A stretch of 64,000 bases of DNA, from contig NC_045138.2 of assembly GCF_008831285.2 (NCBI RefSeq), forward strand, positions 43,338,001 to 43,402,000, in the 5' to 3' direction. Origin of the DNA: Nymphaea colorata. Taxonomy: Eukaryota. Every line of letters starts with the position of its first letter. Positions within the stretch are counted from its first letter, which is position 1. The notes beneath the pieces are model-generated. The model worked only from the letters and a program-made list of their open reading frames with translations, had not been told where the DNA came from and did no database searches. A program made the position numbers and the translations under genes. Positions 46,350 to 60,800 of the stretch are shown one piece after another.

Positions 46350-49300
46350 TACTCACCTCAGTTCCTTGTGCAAGATTTGGGGAGATGGGATCTAACCTGC
46401 AGTATGTGGTCCAACCATTCTTGGCCCATTTACTAGTGGTAATCAAACCAATAACTAAACTGAAATATTCCATTTCCTAAGTGGAAATGTTAAACAAAAC
46501 CTAAGAAAGTAACCGGACCTTAATTTTGGATTCATGCATGTTTTTAAAATGTAAGTACATCTAAAAAATGGACTTATAAACAAGAAGAAATTAATCTTGA
46601 TGTCTGTTCATGTCCAGATAAAAATGATGCATGCAAAACTAAGTCATGTAGACCTAGACTTTAGCCTCTATTAGGTCTAAGGTGTAGTACATGGACCTAG
46701 CAGGAAAATTTGGATCTTAATCCAAAAGTTGAGATCAGGATATGACGGATTCTTGTTTTAAATTGAAATGGGTGATGTCATAGAAATCAAAATACCATAT
46801 ATTGTCAATAGGACTCTTGATCCAGCAGCAAGGTCAGACACCTAGTAGGTTCTATCTTGTATTTCTAATTTGAGCTCTGCAGATCTAAATTCTAAAAGGA
46901 TAGATCCAAATTTGATGAATACTAGGTCTAAAGATCTTGTATTTGGGTCAGATCTTGTGAATATTGATCTAAGATTTGTAATCAAAGTTCATGGTGTAAA
47001 ATCTGATCCAAATTCCATAATCTGAGATCCCAGTTTCAAAATTTAAAATCCAAAATGCGAAATATGGGGTTTGAAATCTAAAATTTGATATCTAAAATCC
47101 ATGATCTAATACCCATAATATGAGATTTAGGATCCAAAACCCATTATGTGAAAGATGACCCAAAATCCAAGCTCTGAAGTCGAAAATCCAAAATCTAAGA
47201 TTCAAGATAAAAAATTTTATATCTAAGATCCATAATTCAAGACCCATAATCCAAAATTCATAATTCAATATTTGGGATCCAAATCCAAGTATGCTAAGAT
47301 TTTGGTAAAGATCCAAGTTTAGATTGGCATGGGGTTTAGGATTTGGATCCAATATTTTGTTTGAAATCCAAGATTCTAGTGAGCTAAGGGCATGTTAGCC
47401 AAAGTGAATGGGTTTAGTTTTTACCTAGCTGGGTCGAATTTACTTCCGTTTTATTGTAGCAAGTGTGTTCGGTCTTAATCAAACCATGTGATATAGAATA
47501 TACACTTCATTCATTTTATATGGATGAATGTTTAAAGAAGTTTGAATATACCTAAGTCATGGGACTAGATTTATAAGGAGTAGCCTCTAAAAACGGTCTA
47601 AGCTAAGTCATAAAGAACTGAGCTAGGTTTGGACTTCACATCTACATGGCCTAGGGTTTTTAAAATCATTAAAAGTTTATTTCTGAAAATATTTTGGAAA
47701 ACTTTGAAATGGTTCTTGTATGAAGACGAAACTAGATTTATGTTTTCACATACCTGGGCGAATTAACAAGGGTATGGTACTAGGCTGATCTAGTTTGGTT
47801 TTAGAGAAGGGGTGCATGTGAGTGCAAGGTGGCTTAGTGCATATTAAAACATAGGCACAATGCATGATTAAATAAAGCATGAAAGAAAATTATTTGCTAT
47901 ATGCATGACTTAAGTAAAATAATATGAGCGAAAGCTTGAAATTAAAAAAAAAAGAGACAAGAAAGGGAGGGACATACCTAACCCCTATACCTACCCTAAA
48001 GATACTAAAATAAATCTAGACTACACATGCTATTAGCAAAAAGAAAAACTAAACATGGTAAACGCAAAAGGAAAACTAAACTAGAAAGCAAAACTAAACT
48101 AAACATGCATAAAGAAAAATAACTAACCTGTAAATAAGAAAAGAAAGAAGAGTGAATAGGAAATTACTTGAAGCTCGTGTAGAGGCTAAGCCCACTCTTG
48201 GGTCCCCAACACTGGGTCTGGTTGGGACTAGGTTAATGCAGCCTGAACAAGACTTCGACTAAAACTCCTAAAAACTTAACTTTTTTTTAGTACCTAATAG
48301 GAATTTTAACAACTTTTTGGGCTTCTCAAAGAATAGCTCAAAGTGTGTGGTGTCAAAGGAAAGGGAGGATAACTATTTATAGGAGAAAGAAGGGGCAAAC
48401 CCCCTTGGGATTTTTTATGTAGGACTAAACTTTTGGCATTCTCTCTCCTCTTCAACACTCCAAACCATAGGTTAAAATCACATTTTCATTCATATTTTAC
48501 TCGTTGTGATATCATTTGGATGTCCGAAAAAAGCAACGTATGCATGGAGAAGTATTATTTGATAAATGATAAAGTATTTGGATTGACATTGAACATGGAG
48601 AATGAATGAAGTGGGAATACAAAAAAGGATCACTTTTACAACTTATTTTAAAACAATATAAATAAAAAAAATATTCGTCGTGGCCACATAAGGATACCAA
48701 TTTCGATTCTGTCTACTTCAGGAGTGCCCAACAAATAATTCTACACATTTCAAGTTCATACATGCGAATTGACATTAAGCATGGAGTGAGAAAATCATAA
48801 TATATTTTGAGATATAATGTGCATTAAACTCACATGTGGATCTCCGATTTGAGTTTAATGCTGAGACCCACATCTAGATCTAGATCCAAGAAAAAACCTA
48901 GAAGATGGACCTAGATACAGTATTTGAATTTGGATTATAATTTGATATCCAGGATATGAAACATGAATAATTGATCTCGATCTATAATGATAGATTAGAT
49001 ATAAAATTTGGATATGAAATTGAGGCATGGAAATAAGACTTGGATCAACAATATGAAATGGAGATCTAAAAATAGCATAGAGCTAGACCTAACATCAAGC
49101 TGGGCTAGGTGGGTTCAAGCTATATGACATAGACAAAACCTAGGTTAGGAACAGTTTTGAAAAACTGAATTCTGACCTAGGTTGGGCTGCCATTGGAAAA
49201 TTCAGTTTTGATGAGGAGTTTGGATAAGGTAGGCCTAGACTTAGGCCTACCAGATCCAACAAATGTTTATGAAAAGCTAACTTAGGTTCATGTGGCTCTT

Positions 49301-50787
49301 AAGTTAGGTTCTATGAAAAATAAGTGCATGGTGGCAAATGACCAAAATAACTTTTTATATGATTGGGCTGAAATGGGTTCAAATGAAATGACTCACTTGA
49401 ACTAAGGTTCTACATTCATAAATCAACGTATATGTGATCTATACCTTATGTTCAAGTAAAAGAATATGGCTCAAAAAAGAAATTACCATTTTGCCATTGC
49501 GTGTTTTCAGACATTCGATGAATTTTCTTGATCTGATTGAACCAACTTGTGATAGGTTCCTAAATAAGCTATGGTTAAAATCATGTTGAAAAATTCTTCT
49601 TGGATTGCTCTAAAAATCAAAAATAAATTTTTACTCAATCGTATGCTGCACATTTATAAATGGAAATTGAAAAAGGCCATAAACATCATATTTTTATTGA
49701 GATATTCATAGGTGGAGTAGAGGGCATTTGGAAAAGCTACTTACTTGTAGGGACATGCTAAAACATTAGAGAAATTTTGAGCTCTATGGTAGTTTACAAA
49801 GTGTAGCAAGTACTATGAATGAACTCCATGGCCTTCAAAACTGAATTGAACTCAAACCAAACTAGGGTAGTGTTGATTTACTCATGATAAACTTTATCTC
49901 AAGTGGTTTCAACTCATTCTAATTAGTTGAACTCAAATTCAGCTGAAGTCCCTAAAAACATGAGAGTGAAAGCACTCAGAACTGAATTAAACTTAAATTG
50001 AATGAACTCAAATCAAACTAAATAAAACTTGATTTATACATGATAAACATGATCTTGGTTCAATCTTTTGGGTTAAATTTAAATTTAGCTCACACCCTTG
50101 AAAATAGGAGAGGGAAGACACTCAAAACTGAGTTGAACTCAAACCGGAATAAATGAACTCAAACCGAACGAGGGAAAACTTGATTTATATGTGGTAAACT
50201 TGGTCATAGCTCAGCTTTAGTTCAATTTTTTGGGTTGAGCTCAAATCAGCTCAAAACCCTAAAAACAGGAGAGAAAAAGACCTAGTAGAAATATGCAAAT
50301 TTGTATAGTTCCTTCACTTGGGTTGGGTTACTCAAATCAATGGCATAAAATGTTTTCTTCATTAAGGTAAACTTGTTTTAATTTGGTTGAGCTAAAGATC
50401 ACAATTTTAAGTTTCAGGAGTTGATTTAAGCTGTAAGTGACCTGGCTTTAAACTGAGATATCTAGGTAATTGACTTTGACAACTCTTGGGGTCATGCAAA
50501 ATCGAGAAATGTTCTAATTGCTCAAATGTTAGCAATTCTTAGAAATTTGATGAAAAATACCTACTTTTTGGGTACAATACGATGATTTAGGGGCAAAATG
50601 GTAGTTTTTAGTTTAAACGACCTATGTGATCTGGATCTAGGTGTTTAATGCTGGCATGAAAAGTACTTGTTTGGCTAAAAAAATGGCCCATTTGTTCTTG
50701 AAACTTGCTCTTTCAAAATCAAATTGGAAATCTTATGGTGAAGTGTAAAATGGTCATTTGGACTTATAAAAATTTTGGATGTTGGCA
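46350..50787 (-). mobile_element. second large LTR-like sequence, diverged inverted relative of 39505-43820
   Basis: Reverse complement of 50741-50787 (tgccaacatccaaaatttttataagtccaaatgaccattttac) matches 39505-39550; further matches at 46680/43440, 47650/42770 and 46375/43775. Confidence 0.5.
49835..50281. repeat. imperfect ~140-160 bp tandem repeat x3
   Basis: Recurring aactga(a/g)ttgaactcaaacc...ttgattta...taaac...ctcaaa...aaaa(a/c)a(t/g)gagag units. Confidence 0.7.
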
Positions 50788-51808
50788 AAACTTTAGACCT
50801 TGGATGGGTTGAGATTGAGACTACGAACTAATTGGCCCATTGGATCCAGTCCTTGGACCAAAAATAGACATAGACTGGGTCCACGGTCTATTTTGCCATG
50901 TAAGGATCTGGATCCAAGATGTGTTAACACTAGATCCAAGATCTGGTGGTCTTTTTGAATATGAACCTCGAATACCATGTGAAATTGGGTCAGATCCAAG
51001 ATCCAATTAACCTCTTTGGATCTGGATCCCCGATCTAGTATTGATCTGACCCAGATTCAAGGTATAGTCAGCCCTAATGGTCCTGGATCTTGAATGTGTA
51101 ATTCATTAGGTTTGGATTCAAGATCCAGACATAGCACTAGTTTAGTTTGGGTCTAATTTGGACAAACTAGAGTAAGGCTGGGTGCGCATGGACCTGTTCA
51201 CTAGCTTCCCCTCATTGACATCCACCCTAGGTGAAGTCTGTTTGATCAGAAGTTGCTTAGATTGCTTGAAAGAGGAAAGTTAATTCATCAAGACCCGATC
51301 CTAGGTTTGCAAGTATAGGTAAACCGGCTATGGTTTTGAGGAACCGTCTTTACCACTATACTTGACTAGATCCCTCGAGTTTGCACTTATGGTGATAGAA
51401 ACAAACATAAACCCAGCAGCCCAGAAATGCCAGTTAATGATTAAACCTGGGCATGAGCTATTAGTCAACTAACTACTGGCCAATTTAAGATGAGTGGTAT
51501 ATCAATGAGCCGTATGACTAACCACACATGCACAAATGGGAATGTCATGCACCCTAGTGTTTATACATCTGTCTATTTCCTAGTGATTGATGAGTATCAT
51601 AAAGGTTTTGTGTAGTAAGGTATATGTGTCAGCTGAAAAAAAAAAATAATAGAGCAGATGTTTATGAATGATCCAACAGTGCCTATGATGTTTGGGCAAC
51701 GTGATGGACTGCAACTCGGAGGAAGTAAGCATTTTCTGTTGTTGAGCAGCTTTGTGATTAAGTCCAAGCCTGAAGGTGTGCAAATAACTGCTGTTATTAA
51801 GCAGCAAT

Positions 51809-54800
51809 TGTCACACCCCGACCATTTTGACACTCGAACATTTTTTTTTTTTTCTAACATCCAACATCGAGGTGTGACTACACAATAGTTCAAAAAGGAA
51901 TGAGCCAAGCAATTCAAAACAATGGGGCAAGCTTTCCATTATATAGCATTTCAATTCAATTGTACATTTGACAAAAATGCCCCAAAATCACAACATCGAT
52001 GCCTCATCAAAACAAGGCATCAGTAAAAACCAAAAACCCGACGCGCCGGCACTACAAGAACAAAACAAAACCCAAAACCTCCCCAGTAGGACGTGAGTGT
52101 AGCCATCTGCTCAGCCTGCTGCCCCGGGTACACCAAAACCTGAAAAAAAAGGAAACAACTGAAGGCTTAGCCTTCGCAGTATGGCAACAAGCCAGGAAAA
52201 GTCCGAGCCCTCTTAGGTCGGGCTCAGTACACAAACAAACATCAGAACAATCTATCATTATGTCGTGTCAAGACACGACATGCAGACGCCACTCAATGGC
52301 TACAATAACATAATTTCAATCACATGCAAGGCATCATCAACATGTCACTTGCATTCATAAGCACAACAGTCACATGCACAACAATCCTATATATTTCAAT
52401 CACATACATTGCAGTTTCATTACTATCAGTGAATTTACAGTTCCTGTGGGTGCAAACACAGGCACGTGCACACCGCGGGCGGCCCACAGCCGAGAGACAA
52501 CCCCCGTGGTGGCCCAGAACAGTATGGATCCATCTATCCGCTGCAGCGGTAGAGCACTCATCCATGGATGTGTGAATTCCAAGGAGAGATACTCAGCCTT
52601 CCCTAGGACACCCAGGTTGGGAAGGCGGGAGCCTACGCTCCAAGCACATCACACAACAGTACCCTGGGGCCTTGCACCGCCTGCGCTCCGAACAGGCGAG
52701 ACCAGTGGCGAAAGTGGGACAACTCCCATATACATAGTCACATCCCACTGGCCTCTCATCTCTTATTCTTTCATTCTTATACTTATACTTGCACAAACAC
52801 ATTTAACTGGCTAGCTCCTGAGGTTGGTTCACTTCACGAGTGAACCCACACCTCCAATTGCCTCCACACGAGGGTTACACATAACCACAACAGTTTTGGC
52901 TAGCCGTCATAACAATATGGGCACAACTACCCACTGTGCAAACATTTGTATCATTGCCCGCGGCAATGGGTATTCAATAAACATAACATTCACATTCATC
53001 ATCATAACAATCACATCTTTGAAAACTTAGCCAAACCACAGAAAGTAGTCTCAATCTGTGGTGGGCTCGTAGCTGTCCTATGCAGTTATCATGCTAGAAT
53101 GCTTTCTAATGCACAATTGGGGTCGAGGAGACACTCGACTCGATACCCCGCCTCATCTGTCCTAAACAGTTATCAATTCTAGCATGCACATGCAATGCGT
53201 AACATTATCAAAACAATTACTATAAGCCTTTCAAAACAATTCATATCATATATCAATTTATGTACATGCATACACATATTCATTCACGGAACACTCAATC
53301 AATTCATATCACAAATCCTAGGATCCCATGATCCTAGGAACACACATTCATTCACTTGCCCAGGCAGGGATTTGCCTGGAATGTCGCCATACCTGTGGCG
53401 CGTTCACAAGAATCTTCAAAATGCCTCGAGCTTCGAATCCGGTAACTCAAGGTCGACGGGACGTACCCGGTGAACCTGCAGACACCAACACAAGATAAGA
53501 TTCCTACTACAAACCTCAACAATTCAAACAAAAACAAAACAAGGTCATTGAGGCACGCGTCATCGCCTCAAGAGGGTGTCGACGGGTAGTGTCGACCCAC
53601 AAGTTCTCCAATAGGGTCACTTCCCACTCCTAGCCGTGCCAATAGATGCCAAAACTCAAAGCCATCAATCCGTCTATCACTAACGCCTTTCTCAAAATTC
53701 CCTTTTTCTTAAATCAAGGCGTCTACCCCAAAGATATTTCCAACTTATGTACGTTATCCCTATTTAACTCCAAGATGCACCCGTTCACAAAAACGCGTGC
53801 TACAGGCTCACTAAAACGGTCCTAAATCTTCCCCACAACCTCACAAACTCTACCATGTCTCCCCTAATGCTTCGAAAATTAATCTATCATGCTTAAATGA
53901 TCATCCAAAATATGAATCTTCGCTTCCCAACATAATCGCAAGCTTTCCCCAAAAACGAAATCACTAACATGTGTTCCAAATAATCAATTCAAAGCTCTAG
54001 CATGCTCAACCAATAATTATGAGCGTTCCAAAAAGAAATATATCATAAAATAGGTTCAATTTCGCCTTGCTCACCCCGATTGAAGGTCTAAACTGCTGTA
54101 ATCCTCCCGGCAGCCACCTCACGCGTCCAAGTGGTCCCCAAACGGCTAAAATCCTCCAATGCCGCCACTACCAAGGCCTTCTCTAATTGCTGTTACGAGG
54201 GGGAAGACAAATCCCCAAGCTGAAAACGGATCCAACAGTGATAGCACAGTGAAAATCAGTGAGAGAAAGTACTTGATTGGAGAAAAATCGAAAACGAGCA
54301 GAAAATGGGGAGAGGGTTCGGTCAAAAGGGGAAAAGAAGGCAGTGAGGGGAGAGGACGGGAGAGAAGAGAGAGAGACGGTGGAGAGTGAGACGAGTGACA
54401 GTGGGAGAGGGAGAGTCGTTCGGTGGAGAGGGGAGACGAGAGACAGTGGGAAAGGGAGGGTCGTTCGGTGGAGAGGGGAGACGAGAGACAGTGGGAGAGG
54501 GAGAAGGGAAAGAAAACGGGAAGGAGAAGAAAAGAGAAGAGAGGAAGAGGCAAGGGACGACAGGGTTCACCTCAACGCCGCCGTCGTCGCCGCCGCCGCC
54601 GCCGTCGCCGCCGCCGCCGTCGCCGTCGCCTTCTTCCCTGAGCTCCGGTCGTGGGTAAGGAAGAGACGGTAAGAGGAAAGCGAAGGAGAAGAGAATGCGA
54701 GGGAGGAGGGACAGCGTCGGGCTCCTCTCGCGTGGGGCTAGGGTCCGGGTCTGGACCCTGACCCGACCCGCTCCGCCCAAACGCCGCGCGTTACATCCTA

Positions 54801-57800
54801 CCCTCCTAACAAAAAAATTTCGTCCTCGAAATTAGATCATACCTCAATGCAAGAACAAGTGCGGATATCTCTTCCGCACGTCCTCCTCAGGTTCCCATGT
54901 GCTCTCCTTCAATCCATGGTACTGCCATTCCACCTTCACTAAAGGGATTCTCTTTGTGCGAAGCACTTGCTCTCTTCGATCCACAATTCTGATAGGTTTT
55001 TCTTCCATTGTCAGATCATCTTGCACCTGAATACCTTGAAAATCAATCACATGTGTCGGATCTGGTACGTACTTTCGAAGCATGGAAACATGAAAAACGT
55101 CATGAACATGACTCCAGTCTGGTGGTAGTGCCAATCTATAGGCCACCTCGCCAATCTTCTCTAATATCTCAAAAGGTCCTACGAACCTCGGGCTCAACTT
55201 TCCCTTCACACCAAAACGAAAAACACCTCTAGTAGGGGAAATTTTCAAAAACACATGATCACCCACCTCAAAAGTCAATTCTCTACGACGAATGTCGGCA
55301 TAGCTTTTCTGTCTACTCTGAGCAGTCAACAACTTTTTCCTTATCAATTGCACTTGGTCGGTGTAGTGTTGCAAAACTAAAGGGTTTTCGATTTTTCCAT
55401 CACCCAATTCGGTCCAACAAGCTGGCGATCTGCACGGCCTTCCATACAAAGCCTCAAAAGGTGCCATCCCAATACTAGAGTGGTAACTGTTATTATATGC
55501 AAATTCTGCCAGTTTCACATGTTTGTCCCATTCTCCTTTCCACTCTAAGACACAAGCACGCAACATGTCCTCTAAGGTCTGAATGGTCCTCTCCGATTGC
55601 CCATCAGTTTGGGGGTGGAACGCTGTGCTTAGCTTAAGCTTGGTACCCAAAGCCTTCTGCAAATGCCCCCAAAATCTAGAGGTAAAACGTGGATCTCGAT
55701 CCGAAATGATAGACCTTGGCACACCATGCAATCTCACTATCTCGCCAATATATAACTCTGCGAGACTTTCCAAAGACTGATTAATTCTAATAGACAGAAA
55801 ATGAGCGGACTTCGTCAGTCGATCAACAATCACCCATATGGCATCATGCTGTCTTCGGGTGTGAGGCAATCCAACTACAAAATCCATTGTAATGTCTTCC
55901 CATTTCCACACCGGGATATCGATTCTCTGCAACAAGCCTCCGGGCCGTTGATGCTCTGCTTTTACTTGTTGGCAAACCAAACACTTTGCCACATATTCTG
56001 CAATTTCACGCTTCATTCCAGGCCACCAAAAATTTCTCTTCATATCCTGAAACATCTTTGTACTGCCAGGGTGTATAGAAAACTTAGATTTATGAGCTTC
56101 ATCAAGCAACCGTCGCTTCACCCCTTCTTCTCTAGGGACCCACAATCTATGTCGAAACCACAATGAACCCTCTTCATCTTGATGCCAGAAAGCATCTACC
56201 TTCTTACACTCTTCCACGTTCTTAGCAAAATCAGGATCTTCCTTTTGCTTCAATACAAGCTCTTCCATCAAAGGGTGTTGTATCACGGCACTCATCGTTG
56301 CTTTGTTCTCGCCACAAAGGTAAGGTTGCCATGCTATCACATCTTGTAACAAATTCCAAGAACATGCTAACATACAATACATCGTTGCCTTAGCTTGCCT
56401 GCTCAAAGCATCAGCCACCACATTCGCCTTGCCTGGATGATATGATATCGTGAAATCATAATCTTTTAGGTATTCAATCCATCTTCTTTGCCTCAAATTA
56501 AGATCACTTTGAGAGAATATATATTTCAAAGACTTGTGATCTGTAAACACTTCAAATGTTGCCCCATAGAGATAATGCCTCCAAATCTTTAGTGCAAACA
56601 CAACTGCTCCCAACTCCAAATCGTGAGTGGGATAGTGTTGTTCGTGTGTCTTCAACTGCCTTGATGCATAAGCCACCACACGGCCATTTTGCATCAGCAC
56701 ACAACCATAACCGATTCCTGATGCATCTGTGTACAGTACAAAACCCGAATGACCTGATGGAAGCGTCAGAATAGGAGCAGCAGTAAGCTTGTCCTTCAGA
56801 GTTTGAAAACTCCTCTCACACTCTTCATTCCAAATAAACTTCACTCCTTTTCTCAATAGCTTAGTCATTGGTGTAGCTATTTTCGAAAAGTCTTGTATGA
56901 ACCTGCGATAATATCCTGCCAATCCCAAAAAGCTTCTAACCTCGGTTACACTGCATGGCGTCCTCCAGTCCTGCACAGCTGACACCTTAGCCGGATCGAC
57001 GGATACTCCATCCTTAGAGATTACATGACCCAGAAAGTTTACCTTCTCTAGCCAAAATTCACATTTTGAATACTTGGCATACAACTTATGCTTGCGCAAA
57101 AGACCCAATACACTTCTCAAGTGATCTCTATGCTCTGTCACACTCTCTGAGTACACCAAAATATCATCCACAAAAACAATAACAAATCGGTCCAAGAACT
57201 CTTGGAAAACCCGATTCATGAGGTCCATGAACGCTGCGGGAGCATTGGTCAACCCAAAAGGCATGACCCTGAATTCATAGTGCCCATATCTGGTTCGAAA
57301 TGCAGTCTTAGCAACATCTTCCTCCCGTATCAAGAGTTGATGATAACCTGTCCTCAGATCGATCTTGGAGAAAACCTTTGCATCCTTAAGCTGATCAAAC
57401 AAGTCTTCAATTCTAGGAAGCGGATACTTATTCTTGATGGTGATTTGATTCAACATGCGGTAGTCGATACACAAACGCATTGTCCCATCTTTCTTCTTCA
57501 CAAACAACACTGGTGCTCCCCATGGTGACACACTAGGTCGGATGAAGCCCTTGTCTAAGAGCTCCTGCAATTGCTTCCTCAATTCTTCTAACTCTGCTGG
57601 TGCCATACGATAGGGTGCCTTAGAAATAGGAGCTGTCCCTGGTGACAACTCTATCTTGAACTCCACTTCTCGTGTTGGAGGCAAACTTGACAGTTCCTCC
57701 GGAAACACATCAGGGTACTCACTCACAATTGCCACATCCGGTAACCTTACCGGTTCCGGCTCATTGGTCAACACATTGACCAAGAAGGCAACACTTCCAT

Positions 57801-60800
57801 TTTCTATCAATCGTTTAGCTTTCAATGCAGACACCATTATCTTATCAGTTCGACTGGCCTTACGAGCATGGAACTCCACAGGTTGCATTTCATCAGTCAA
57901 CAATTGTATCTGCTTCTTCCTGCAATCTATATTAGCATAATGTGCATATAACCAATCCATGCCCAAAATCACATCAAATTCGTTAAAACTCATGATCACC
58001 AACTGTGCAGGTAAGTGATGTTGATGGATCTCCACGTCCACATCAGATAGATACTCACTACACGACTCTTGAGCATGCATAGGGCTAACAACTTTCAGAA
58101 CATACGGCATCTTCCTAACAGGCACTTCTAGTGAAGTAGCAAATCGACTAGATATAAATGAATGGGTCGCCCCAGCATCAAACAACACTCTAGCAATATG
58201 AGAACCAACAAGTAAAGTACCTTCAACAAGGTCGTGTGCCTGAAGTTCCTCCACGGTAGTAGCATAGACACGTCCAGTCGTCTGTCGTGCGCTAGAAGGA
58301 CCGGCCTCTGGCTTCTTCAACTCTCTTTCTTTCCTTAAGGGACAATCCTTGATAAAGTGCCCCATCCTTCCACAGTGTAAGCAAGCTCCGATCTCTCGAT
58401 AGCACGGCTTTCCAGGGTGCACACGCGAACAAGTAGGGCACCTCTGAGAAGTCGGAGTAGCCACTGACCCCTGGGTGGCCTCACTACGGGTTGGCTGGTT
58501 CCGTCTGAAAGTTCGATCATCCCGCCTCTCATAAGGCCTTGTCCTGCCTGCAAAGTGGTGGCGCTTCACCTGGGTTCGTCCACCTTGTGAATGCTGGCTT
58601 GCTTTCTTCTGGTGATCCTTCTGTGTCCTCGCCCAGTCTTCTTCTATACATCTTGCCATAGTGACCGCCTCGTCCAAGTCACGAGGTCTGCTCGTCAAAA
58701 CTTTGGTTCGCAGTCCCTCCCGCAGACCGCGCACAAACTTGCCTGCCCTGGCTCCGTCTGTAGTGTAGAAGTGTGGGCAATACGCCTCCAAGTGTCGATA
58801 TCTTGTAATATATTCCTCCAAGCTCATTTGATTTTGCTGTAGATCAAGAAACTCTTGCATGTTCTTGTCTCTAGCATGCACTGGGTAGTAGGTGTTGAGG
58901 AAGGAATCTCTAAACTGCTTCCAAGAAATTGACGGTTGGCCTGCATACCGGATCTCAAGAGTTGATTTCCACCAATCCATGGCATCACCTTTCAGCAGGT
59001 AAGTGCCATAGTTCACTTTGTCTTCCTCAGGCATCTTCAGAAGCACAAAGATGCGTTCAACTTCCTCAATCCACTGTTTTGCCTTATCGTGACTGCACCC
59101 TCCTGAAAAGATAGGCGGCTGCATCGCCATGAACTGTTGAAACGACACCGCTGATGCCTTCTCCTTAAGTGGCGCAGTGGTGTCTCTGGAAGGAGATGCA
59201 TTACTCCTCTGGTTACTGACCATGGACTGCACAAGGGAGGTCAGTGTTTGCAACGTGGTCAGCAAAATAGACTGTTGATCCACAGGTGGAGTTTGCCTCA
59301 GTGGGGTTTGAGCACCCCCACCCAATTGGGCGTACTGGTGCCCTGACGTACTGTCGTCGCGTGGGGTATGCGCATCAGAATGGGCCGGACTAGGCTCTCT
59401 CTGTGCCTCTGTGGACGGTCCAGCTCGCTTCTTACCCTTACGATGATATTCCATCTGTACACACAAGAACCTTAATCTCAAATCCAGTCTATGACTAATC
59501 TCACAAATCAAATCACAACGTGCATTAGCACGAAGTTCAAAACATAGATCACATTACGTACTTATACGTGAAAAAGCATAACCACAATAACAATCTAATC
59601 AAATGAATGCGTACCTGGGCAACACGGCTTCACAAATAGGCTTTAACTCACATCCATAGTGGGGTTTGCCATGGCTCTGATACCAAAACTGTCACACCCC
59701 GACCTTTTTGACACTCGAACATTTTTTTTTTTTCTAACATCCAACATCGAGGTGTGACTACACAATAGTTCAAAAAGGAATGAGCCAAGCAATTCAAAAC
59801 AATGGGGCAAGCTTTCCATTATATAGCATTTCAATTCAATTGTACATTTGACAAAAATGCCCCAAAATCACAACATCGATGCCTCATCAAAACAAGGCAT
59901 CAGTAAAAACCAAAAACCCGACGCGCCGGCACTACAAGAACAAAACAAAACCCAAAACCTCCCCAGTAGGACGTGAGTGTAGCCATCTGCTCAGCCTGCT
60001 GCCCCGGGTACACCAAAACCTGAAAAAAAAGGAAACAACTGAAGGCTTAGCCTTCGCAGTATGGCAACAAGCCAGGAAAAGTCCGAGCCCTCTTAGGTCG
60101 AGCTCAGTACACAAACAAACATCAGAACAATCTATCATTATGTCGTGTCAAGACACGACATGCAGACGCCACTCAATGGCTACAATAACATAATTTCAAT
60201 CACATGCAAGGCATCATCAACATGTCACTTGCATTCATAAGCACAACAGTCACATGCACAACAATCCTATATATTTCAATCACATACATTGCAGTTTCAT
60301 TACTATCAGTGAATTTACAGTTCCTGTGGGTGCAAACACAGGCACGTGCACACCGCGGGCGGCCCACAGCCGAGAGACAACCCCCGTGGTGGCCCAGAAC
60401 AGTATGGATCCATCTATCCGCTGCAGCGGTAGAGCACTCATCCATGGATGTGTGAATTCCAAGGAGAGATACTCAGCCTTCCCTAGGACACCCAGGTTGG
60501 GAAGGCGGGAGCCTACGCTCCAAGCACATCACACAACAGTACCCTGGGGCCTTGCACCGCCTGCGCTCCGAACAGGCGAGACCAGTGGCGAAAGTGGGAC
60601 AACTCCCATATACATAGTCACATCCCACTGGCCTCTCATCTCTTATTCTTTCATTCTTATACTTATACTTGCACAAACACATTTAACTGGCTAGCTCCTG
60701 AGGTTGGTTCACTTCACGAGTGAACCCACACCTCCAATTGCCTCCACACGAGGGTTACACATAACCACAACAGTTTTGGCTAGCCGTCATAACAATATGG

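Noticed and set aside
51999..53537. ORFs duplicated identically in both Gypsy LTRs
   Set aside because: Identity reflects LTR duplication rather than selection; no motifs recognised.
54277..54780. ORFs with poly-Arg/Ala/Pro/Gly tracts (also 62157-62699)
   Set aside because: Products of the GCC triplet and GA-rich tracts in the LTR, open in several frames; no sign of coding function.
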